From IMG/VR virus record IMGVR_UViG_3300028569_002586, positions 32,001-96,000 of that record: a stretch of 64,000 bases of DNA. One strand, written 5' to 3'. The DNA is from a virus. The notes under the pieces are model-generated. The model was not told the origin of the DNA, did no database searches, and saw nothing but the letters and a program-made list of their open reading frames with translations. Position 1 is the first letter of the stretch; each line of letters starts with the position of its first letter. Position numbers and translations under genes: made by a program. Shown here piece by piece: positions 57,153 to 64,000 of this stretch.

Positions 57153-58258
57153 CTGTATTTCTTATAGAGATCTTGACTGTATTTGATTATAGAAGGCTTA
57201 TCTTCTATATCTAGCAAGTTAACAAACTCTTCAATTGCTTTTGCAACATCAACACCTGAAACATCTAAACTGGCTTCATCAGTTATTTGCAATGTATCGC
57301 TAACAAGAGAATAATCGACAGACAAAGAAAATGGCTTGTATACAGAAAACTTTTTAAGAAGAGTGTCAACATGATCAGGAGCAACCTTCATATCAATTAT
57401 TAGCTTAACAATGTTGTTCTCAATTTCAGCCTGTATCTTTTTAATGTCTTTTTGATCCTTAACAACAGCACCAAATTTATCGCTTGTGATAAGATCGGTA
57501 AGAAGCATTTTCTTGTGTTTGGGTGACTTGCAGTTTTCAAAAAATTCTAAAACAAGATTATTAAAATCTAGGAGGTAATACCCTTTGGTTGATCCTGTAT
57601 CACCAAAATCCATTTCAAATGGATTGCCTACATAGATAATCTTCTTATCTCCGTATTCGCGTTCATCTCTGAGATGAAAATGACCTGATAGAATTAAGGA
57701 TGCTTTGTTGAGTAACTCTTCTGTTTTAAGACCATGATCACACAGCTTATAGCTATTCATCTTGAAACTCTCTATTTCAAAATGACCAAACACAATGTCA
57801 GAATTCTTGATGTCATTAATATCAAACCCCCATGGAGCAAAGCAACATTTCTTGCCAAATATTACAGTATTAAGTGTTTCAGAAATAATGGTTATGTTCT
57901 TCCATCCATCAAACAAGGAGAGAGAATTAATATCTGATCTATCTTTATAATATGAATCGTGGTTACCTACAAGAATAATAATATTAAAGTCCTTCCAGAG
58001 TTTGAACATCTCATTAACAACATGCAGTGTATTGACTGCAATTTCATCACGATAATGAAATACATCACCAAGAATAAGAATGTCTTTGATGTCTTGTTTT
58101 TTAAGTGATTCTCTCAGCCATTTAGCCCAACTCAGAGCTGTTTCATGCCAAAAAATACTATTTTGATGTATGCCCAGGTGCAAATCAGCAATACAACAAA
58201 CTTTATTGTTTTTTAGAGTAAATTCTTTAGTTTCCTGCGGTGTTATAGTTGTCGTCAT
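57149..58258 (-). CDS. gp47: Recombination endonuclease nuclease subunit (gp47, SbcD/Mre11-like)
   Basis: DLHLG, LGDVF, GNHD, GHFE, SGHFH, YVGNP. Confidence 0.95.
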   Translation of the reverse strand: MTTTITPQETKEFTLKNNKVCCIADLHLGIHQNSIFWHETALSWAKWLRESLKKQDIKDILILGDVFHYRDEIAVNTLHVVNEMFKLWKDFNIIILVGNHDSYYKDRSDINSLSLFDGWKNITIISETLNTVIFGKKCCFAPWGFDINDIKNSDIVFGHFEIESFKMNSYKLCDHGLKTEELLNKASLILSGHFHLRDEREYGDKKIIYVGNPFEMDFGDTGSTKGYYLLDFNNLVLEFFENCKSPKHKKMLLTDLITSDKFGAVVKDQKDIKKIQAEIENNIVKLIIDMKVAPDHVDTLLKKFSVYKPFSLSVDYSLVSDTLQITDEASLDVSGVDVAKAIEEFVNLLDIEDKPSIIKYSQDLYKKYR

Positions 58259-58808
58259 CTCGATTATTTGACGTGTCTACATAGATATGATAATTGGCAT
58301 CAGGGTTATGATCAGTCATCAAATCTGTATAAACACGATCTTTGTAGTTTGTTACAGTCTCATGATGTTTTTTTTCTTTTTTAATTCTATTGATAAATGC
58401 ATGAAAAGCAATTGTGGTGAAATAAGAGAAGGGACTAAAACCAGAATCCAGTCTAAACTTTTTATTCTTTAGAGCAGAAACCATTTTTACAATAGCATCA
58501 CCTATCATGTCATCTTTATATGAGTAATTTATAAAATTAGGAGCATATGATAGTCCGTTAGCAATTTTGTTTATTGATTCACCAAGCTTAATAGAAATAA
58601 AATCTGTGTTGTAATAGTGTCTTATTTCCTCCTCAAATTCCCTACCATTAACATAGTGTACTTTTTCTTTGCCTCTGGGTTTTTTTTCTGTTTTTAAGCT
58701 GGGAGGGAGTGAAGCTTCAATCTCTGCAGATGTAAGAGATTTTCGTTGGTCTTCAGGAGCATTACTCTCTGATTTCTTTGATTTGATGTGTAATGTTCTC
58801 TTTTTCAT
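58227..58808 (-). CDS. gp55: Late transcription sigma factor (gp55)
   Basis: HYVN..EF, IA.GLSY.PNFINYSY.DDMI.D, PFSYFT.IAF.AFI.RIKKEKK. Confidence 0.92.
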   Translation of the reverse strand: MKKRTLHIKSKKSESNAPEDQRKSLTSAEIEASLPPSLKTEKKPRGKEKVHYVNGREFEEEIRHYYNTDFISIKLGESINKIANGLSYAPNFINYSYKDDMIGDAIVKMVSALKNKKFRLDSGFSPFSYFTTIAFHAFINRIKKEKKHHETVTNYKDRVYTDLMTDHNPDANYHIYVDTSNNRDDDNYNTAGN

Positions 58809-60216
58809 AAAGTGCTCTTCTTTTTAGGAAGTGCTGATAACCATATTGTAGATTATCAGCAATGTCAATGATTATAAGCTTATCTTTGTCCTTATGCAAC
58901 CGTAAACCTCTTCCGATGGACTGTAATATCTTTATTTTTGCCTTTCCTCCGCCTGCAAAGATAATGTAGTGTAAGTTTTTAATATTAATACCTGTGGAGA
59001 ATATCTTTGAAATGGCTACAACAATGACATCGGAATGCTCCTCCATGAGCTTTCTAACCTCTTCTCTTTCATTAATTTCGACTTCTCCTCTGATGTAGAA
59101 TATTTTCTTGGCAGGGCAAGTATTCTTAAGCAGATTGAAAATGTTTTCACCATGCTCAATGTAGTCAACTAATATAAGTGTGTTCTGTGATGCACCACAG
59201 GCAGCTTTAGAAATAAGGTTGTTTCTAAAATTATTTTTTATTAAAAAGTCAACTTCTGCTCTATATCTATCTGCTGCATTAATTAACTCAGAAGGATATT
59301 GTGGCAGTGTTTTGTAGTTTATCATTAATACAGCAACAGACACATTGCTGACATAACTCTCTAGTCTGAGCTCATAGCTTGTTTTTTCATAGATGATGGG
59401 CCCAATTTTACCAATGATATTCCATTGATCTAGCTGGCCTTCGGGCATAGTGCCTGTCAATCCAAAGCGCAAAGGTGTTTTAATTATTTTAAATAATTTA
59501 TTAATTTCATTTCCTTTGCGAACCTTATGTACCTCATCAACAAACAATACATCTATTTCCGATAACCAAGATGTATCGCTGTTTTTGCTTTGAAGAATCC
59601 CTATATTTGCTACGACAACATTAGCGCTACGATCCAACTCATGGCTGCCAGTCCATTTGCTGATTGTGAATGGCACATTATAAGAAAGAAAATCTGCTGA
59701 TGTTTGTTGTACCAGTCCAAGATCAGGGACAATGAACAAACATTTGAATCTGGGATTAGATAAAAATATGTTGGAAAGAATTGTAGCTGATGTGAGTGTC
59801 TTGCCCCCTGCAGTAGCCAGTACAATAGTACCGCGACCAGTATTTAATGACTTTACAACAATTTCTTCTTGGTAGTCTCTAAGTGGTATGCTTAGCTTGA
59901 ACGGCGTTGTGGTGAAAGCACCTCTGTCCTGAAGATATTTCTTAGCAGGCAGTAATTCTTCAAGTAATTCTGCATCTATTTTTATTTCATCAGGGTACTG
60001 GTTTGTTATAAACAAGCGCTTGATCTCCAGGGCAAGACAGGGATCAAATTTGCCCATGGGTGTTATGGCGTAGGTTCTTTGCGGTATGAATCGACCATAC
60101 CCTCTGATAAATTTAGCTGCCTCGTTCTTTACTGAGAAGTGCTCTCTAATCTCATCAAATCTATCGCTTACAAGAATACCTTGGCGCTTTTTTGCATCAA
60201 GCTTAAGCTCGGTCAT
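58762..60216 (-). CDS. uvsW: SF2 DNA helicase UvsW
   Basis: LRDYQ, TAGGKT, DEVH, GLTGT, FSTGINI.NLH, QSIGRGLR. Confidence 0.93.
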   Translation of the reverse strand: MTELKLDAKKRQGILVSDRFDEIREHFSVKNEAAKFIRGYGRFIPQRTYAITPMGKFDPCLALEIKRLFITNQYPDEIKIDAELLEELLPAKKYLQDRGAFTTTPFKLSIPLRDYQEEIVVKSLNTGRGTIVLATAGGKTLTSATILSNIFLSNPRFKCLFIVPDLGLVQQTSADFLSYNVPFTISKWTGSHELDRSANVVVANIGILQSKNSDTSWLSEIDVLFVDEVHKVRKGNEINKLFKIIKTPLRFGLTGTMPEGQLDQWNIIGKIGPIIYEKTSYELRLESYVSNVSVAVLMINYKTLPQYPSELINAADRYRAEVDFLIKNNFRNNLISKAACGASQNTLILVDYIEHGENIFNLLKNTCPAKKIFYIRGEVEINEREEVRKLMEEHSDVIVVAISKIFSTGINIKNLHYIIFAGGGKAKIKILQSIGRGLRLHKDKDKLIIIDIADNLQYGYQHFLKRRALYEKENITHQIKEIRE

Positions 60217-60605
60217 TAGGTTGTCTCGAGTTTAATAATTTCAAGAATATTTTTGACATCATAAGAGGCGCTGCTAAATGTTTTTTCTGATTTCTCTAAA
60301 AGCTCAATAACTAGTTCAATCTCTTTTATCTTTGCTTCATATTCTTTTAATTCTGTAGCACTTTCTGCTGTCTTCTCTAGAACAGGTATAGATAATTTTA
60401 CAGAAGATGTTTCATTTAATTTTTTAACAATATCGGACTTAAGTTTTTCTTTTTGTTTTTTTAATGTAACTAGTTCAAGCTTATGCCTTATGCATCTGCC
60501 AGTCCACTTGTGCTTAATGCCTGGTAGCTTTAATGCGTAATCCTTGAGGTAAATCTCATCTATCTTTAGATCAGCTTCCAATTCTTTTATATAATTTTCT
60601 AGCAC
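60216..60605 (-). CDS. uvsY: Recombination mediator UvsY; start reassigned to GTG 60605
   Basis: DLKIDE..L......P..K.KW, coiled coil, Y..KNI.E; adjacent to uvsW; promoter 6 nt upstream. Confidence 0.8.
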   Translation of the reverse strand: MLENYIKELEADLKIDEIYLKDYALKLPGIKHKWTGRCIRHKLELVTLKKQKEKLKSDIVKKLNETSSVKLSIPVLEKTAESATELKEYEAKIKEIELVIELLEKSEKTFSSASYDVKNILEIIKLETT

Positions 60606-60606
60606 A

Positions 60607-60639
60607 TATAAATAATAGTATAAAGAATACAATAATCAA
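60607..60639. promoter_or_regulatory. Overlapping divergent promoters: sigma70-type TTGATT-16-TATTAT (- strand, 60612-60639) and late TATAAATA (+ strand, 60607-60614)
   Basis: Motifs and spacing. Confidence 0.65.
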
Positions 60640-60896
60640 TGATAACGTTTAACCAGTTTTGCAGTGAGATGAATGTGGCAGGAGGTGCCGGCAGTGTATT
60701 TGGACCGGGTACCGCTGGTAGTATAGGTGCATTTGGCAATCAATTTCCTTCACAAAATGATAAAGCGTATAATCCTGGTGATTTGAGAATTGCTACTGTT
60801 TTAGGTGCAAGAAGAGGTGCAAGAAGAGGTACAAAAAGGAAGAAAAAAAATAAACAAAAAATACCTGTACAAAGAAGAGCTTTGCCAGGTCTGTAA
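60639..60896 (+). CDS. Small Gly-rich protein with very basic C-terminus and capsid-targeting-like N-terminus (MITFNQFCSE)
   Basis: N-terminus resembles T4 MKTYQEFIAE; GARRGARRGTKRKKKNKQK tail. Confidence 0.55.
   Translation: MITFNQFCSEMNVAGGAGSVFGPGTAGSIGAFGNQFPSQNDKAYNPGDLRIATVLGARRGARRGTKRKKKNKQKIPVQRRALPGL
60803..60834. repeat. 12-bp tandem duplication (aggtgcaagaag x2 plus partial)
   Basis: Seen directly; encodes GARR-GARR-GT. Confidence 0.85.
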
Positions 60897-60914
60897 TTGA
60901 AGCTAAGTAGTCAG

Positions 60915-61331
60915 ATGAATACAGGTCACTGGATGCTTGCTGAAGGTGTCAAAATAACAGAACACAGTTTTGGTTTTATTTACGAAATTACTAATACTGT
61001 AACAAATAAAAAATATATTGGTAAAAAGCAGTGCAAGTCCAAGCTTAAGCGCAAACCTTTGAAGGGTAAGGTTAATAAGAGAATAGAGATCAAGGAATCA
61101 GATTGGAGGGAGTACACAAGTTCATCCAATGAACTCAATCAAGACATAGAAAGGATTGGTAAGGATAAATTTGTTTTTAAAATACTCAGAGAGTGTGGAT
61201 CAAAGTGGGAGTTAGCATATTTTGAAATTAGAGAGCAACTAGACAGGAATGTTCTTCTTAAGGAAGATTATTATAATGGCATTATAAATGTAAGAATTGG
61301 CAGACCTCCAAAAAATTTCTTGATTACTTGA
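60915..61331 (+). CDS. GIY-YIG endonuclease; start likely ATG 60915
   Basis: GFIYEITN...YIGKK, ESDW..Y.SS, YYNG; TAAGTA at 60904-60909, 5 nt upstream. Confidence 0.85.
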   Translation: MNTGHWMLAEGVKITEHSFGFIYEITNTVTNKKYIGKKQCKSKLKRKPLKGKVNKRIEIKESDWREYTSSSNELNQDIERIGKDKFVFKILRECGSKWELAYFEIREQLDRNVLLKEDYYNGIINVRIGRPPKNFLIT

Positions 61332-61353
61332 CTGTTTCATGCAATAATACAGT

Positions 61354-61911
61354 ATGCTAAAAGATGTTATACTGAAGGAACACAATCTGCATATTGTAAA
61401 TTTTTTTTATGTTTTTAAGACACAGGTGGAGAGAGATCTTGTGGATGAGCTGCATAGGTTTGAGCTACTTGGTGATACATGCAGTACGACAATAAGGAGA
61501 TTGTTCCTACACCACACCATCTATAAGCTTTGCGAGTATTTGCTGAAATGCAGTAGCAGAGAGAAAGTTATAATTTATTTTGATCTGAATAATATTTACG
61601 ACAGCGAGCTGGCAAAATATCTTACAGAAGAAAAGGTTAAAAAATATTTAGAATTAGTTTTTCGAAAAATAAAGAGTATACTGCCATTGCGCATATACTT
61701 CTCAACATTCTCTCTCGACTATCTCAATAACAAGAGAAAAGAAGGTATAGGCATAGAAACCATTAATAGGATAAAAAATATGCTCTATAAGCATGATTTT
61801 AACAGGTTTACATTTGAAAGATGTAAGAAGTTCATTAAAAAAGAGGGGCTATACTTTCTTGATAAGCATTACTTTGATAATCTTAAATCTAAACAATTGT
61901 TGCTTGTATAA
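61354..61911 (+). CDS. Hypothetical protein, possibly a degenerate RNase H / 5'-3' exonuclease N-terminal (PIN-like) fold
   Basis: IRRLFLHHTI...KVIIYFD resembles T4 Rnh VRHLILNSI...KIVLCID; catalytic acids not evident. Confidence 0.35.
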   Translation: MLKDVILKEHNLHIVNFFYVFKTQVERDLVDELHRFELLGDTCSTTIRRLFLHHTIYKLCEYLLKCSSREKVIIYFDLNNIYDSELAKYLTEEKVKKYLELVFRKIKSILPLRIYFSTFSLDYLNNKRKEGIGIETINRIKNMLYKHDFNRFTFERCKKFIKKEGLYFLDKHYFDNLKSKQLLLV

Positions 61912-61917
61912 TAAATA
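61912..61917 (+). promoter_or_regulatory. Late promoter box TAAATA, 5 nt before ATG 61923
   Basis: Motif and position. Confidence 0.7.
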
Positions 61918-61922
61918 ATGAT

Positions 61923-62387
61923 ATGGGATTTAAGGAAAAGCTTAACGAATATGTACTATCTTTAGAACAAGATGCAGCTGCAGTAGGTCAGCCTGCACAA
62001 CAAGATGCTTCTCAACCTATTACACAGCCTGTAGCAATGCCTGCCCCTGATAAAGGCAAAGCAGCAGAGCCTCAGGGCATTGCGCCTGAGGGGTATGTGG
62101 AGCTTGTAAGATTGTTAGCTAAAGCTCTTGTAATGAATGTACCACCAGAATCTATTGATGACCTCTTCTCAACACCTGTAACTAAGGAAAACGCAGAAGA
62201 GGTAAGAGAAGCGCTAGAGAAGCTAATGGGTACATCCAATAACTATAAGAACAATCCAGAGAAAGTTGACAATGTAAGTTTCATGAAATTTTATGATTCA
62301 ATTAATGAAAATAATTTTTATAATAAGCTCAAACATGTCATTTCTGTAATGAAGAAGTATAGTAATGATGTGGATGTAAAGCTATGA
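61923..62387 (+). CDS. Hypothetical late protein with capsid-targeting-like N-terminus (MGFKEKLNEYVLSLEQD)
   Basis: Late promoter; LE|QD shared with the 38564 gene. Confidence 0.55.
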   Translation: MGFKEKLNEYVLSLEQDAAAVGQPAQQDASQPITQPVAMPAPDKGKAAEPQGIAPEGYVELVRLLAKALVMNVPPESIDDLFSTPVTKENAEEVREALEKLMGTSNNYKNNPEKVDNVSFMKFYDSINENNFYNKLKHVISVMKKYSNDVDVKL

Positions 62388-63541
62388 AGTCAGGAAAAAA
62401 GTATACTTCTTTAGGAGAAGTTTATATAGAAAACACTCTAGGAAAAAAGCTGCCTCCGCTGCCCAGACAAATACTAGAAAGAGTAAGGATTTCGGTACAA
62501 AATGATCAGGGCGATACAGAAGATTTTATTGTTTCAGATACATGGTATAACAAAGCAATTAGAGAAAAGCTTAAATTAGGCAGTCAAAATCAAGATACAT
62601 ATTATGAATTGATACACAGCAGGTGTGTTGATGCAGGTATTCTGCCTCAAGGCCATGAAGATATAAATGTAGATGCAGTAAAAATAATCTATAGTTATAT
62701 TTTAAAGATAGCTGGTCCAGAGAAGATGAATGTGTTTTTTGAAAAATTTGTTGATAATGGTGAAAAAGTGGCACAGTTATTTGTTGGTGAGTTGAAGAAA
62801 TTTCAACGGTTTAATATATTTGATGTATTATCTAGCTTTTATGGCATACCGTTTGTTTATGACCCTGATATCTTTGTATTAAGGCCTTTTAAAGCAGCAA
62901 AAAGTACAAGAGGCGCAGCAGGGCCTGGTGAAGCATTTATGTCGTTTTTCTTTTTTGGTAAAAAATACGAGGTGGGTGATCTTGTTATTCCTTATGGCGG
63001 TGCAGCATTTGAAATAGAAATCAAGAAGCAAAAAGGACGCATAGGGAAAGATGTTAATCGTAACGGTGGGATGAATGCGAGAAAATTATATCCAACGTTG
63101 GCAGGACTAGATGTAAATGCTTTACAAGAGTTTATTAAAAAGTATAATTTAAAAACATTAAGAGATATATTGCTGGGTACTGATGCCTTTGCAGGTATTT
63201 CAGGGGTATCAAAATATCCTAACTTACAATTAGATTCCTCTTTTTTAAATCAAAATATAACATCATTCAAGGATTATTTTAGTACTTTGAATGATCTAGA
63301 GCCATATATTGGCTTGATGCAGATGAAGCAGTATTTTGAGCTTATTAAAAAGTTTGATTGCATTATGATTTTTACAGAAAAAGGTATTGCTCTGGGTATT
63401 GAGAGAGATCTAGTTTTAGCTAAATCTCTGCTAGATCTTGTAGCGCACATGAAGACCATAGGTGTTAGGTTGAAGAGAAAAACAGCAGTAAAAGGTGGTG
63501 CTACGGTTTATGATAACGAGGGCTTGCAGATCTTGATATGA
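62384..63541 (+). CDS. Putative PD-(D/E)XK restriction-like endonuclease
   Basis: GPGE...VGDL...FEIEIK.QKGR pattern (E...D...ExK); coupled to a late gene. Confidence 0.55.
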   Translation: MKSGKKYTSLGEVYIENTLGKKLPPLPRQILERVRISVQNDQGDTEDFIVSDTWYNKAIREKLKLGSQNQDTYYELIHSRCVDAGILPQGHEDINVDAVKIIYSYILKIAGPEKMNVFFEKFVDNGEKVAQLFVGELKKFQRFNIFDVLSSFYGIPFVYDPDIFVLRPFKAAKSTRGAAGPGEAFMSFFFFGKKYEVGDLVIPYGGAAFEIEIKKQKGRIGKDVNRNGGMNARKLYPTLAGLDVNALQEFIKKYNLKTLRDILLGTDAFAGISGVSKYPNLQLDSSFLNQNITSFKDYFSTLNDLEPYIGLMQMKQYFELIKKFDCIMIFTEKGIALGIERDLVLAKSLLDLVAHMKTIGVRLKRKTAVKGGATVYDNEGLQILI

Positions 63542-63560
63542 TAACTATAGAGCAAATAAA

Positions 63561-63566
63561 TAAATA
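63561..63566 (+). promoter_or_regulatory. Late promoter box TAAATA, 5 nt before ATG 63572
   Basis: Motif and position. Confidence 0.7.
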
Positions 63567-63571
63567 ATAGT

Positions 63572-64000
63572 ATGAACAAAGATGTACATCTAATATATGA
63601 AGCATTTGTCAACAAAGGTGTGCAGATCACGATTACGGACTACATTGAAGAGGACAAGGTTTTCTCAATTAACACAACAGTCAAACAATTTGATGCCAAG
63701 CATGTGGCTCATGCATTTGTGAAACATGCATATGGCAAATATGACCAAGAAAGAGTGGAGCCAGCATTGCAATCTGTGTTGGCCAGTATGCAAGTTAATC
63801 CATATGGTGAAAAGCCAGGCATCATAGAATTGAGCATACAAGAATTTGCAGGTGATGGCATGGATCATTATGTGGAAGCCAAGATGTTTGGCAAAGAAGA
63901 GAATGCAGAGCAATATGAACAGAACCGCATTGTGGGTAACACCATCATGCAAGATGATCAGGAAGTTGGAGCATTTTTGGGTGATTCATACAGCAGCAAA
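63572..64000 (+). CDS. Partial late protein with capsid-targeting-like N-terminus (MNKDVHLIYEAFV...), open to the window end and absent from the ORF track
   Basis: Manual translation gives 143 codons with no stop; N-terminus similar to the 48355 gene. Confidence 0.7.
   Translation, partial: MNKDVHLIYEAFVNKGVQITITDYIEEDKVFSINTTVKQFDAKHVAHAFVKHAYGKYDQERVEPALQSVLASMQVNPYGEKPGIIELSIQEFAGDGMDHYVEAKMFGKEENAEQYEQNRIVGNTIMQDDQEVGAFLGDSYSSK

Noticed and set aside
1-64000. tRNA, rRNA, integrase or transposase genes
   Set aside because: No recognisable cloverleaf or motifs; intergenic gaps are almost all under 70 nt

Overview
64 kb of a large, AT-rich T4-like (Tevenvirinae-related) myophage genome, read in the standard genetic code. 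Left part, minus strand: adhesin/fibre genes (RCC1, BspA-type LRR, LRR-lectin, Pro/Thr linkers), baseplate (gp6, gp25, gp53, hub, tape measure), tail tube/sheath, gp3 and large terminase. Right part, minus strand: replication/recombination core (primase, gp45, gp32, gp59-like, gp41, UvsX, gp43, gp46/47, gp55, UvsW, UvsY), interleaved with ribosomal protein bS21, QueC, a class II glutamine amidotransferase, two glycosyltransferases and an RmlD-like sugar enzyme. The most striking feature is the expression architecture. About 25 late-promoter boxes (TAA[A/G]TA) and about 11 sigma70-type promoters mostly sit only 5-7 nt upstream of start codons, implying leaderless mRNAs. Nearly all other genes overlap or abut the upstream stop codon, and Shine-Dalgarno sequences are essentially absent, in a phage that carries its own bS21. 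A second pattern is a dispersed set of plus-strand late genes with T4 capsid-targeting-like N-termini, one a putative PD-(D/E)XK nuclease, several placed head-on against replication genes. All calls come from motif recognition and synteny by eye; no database searches were run.
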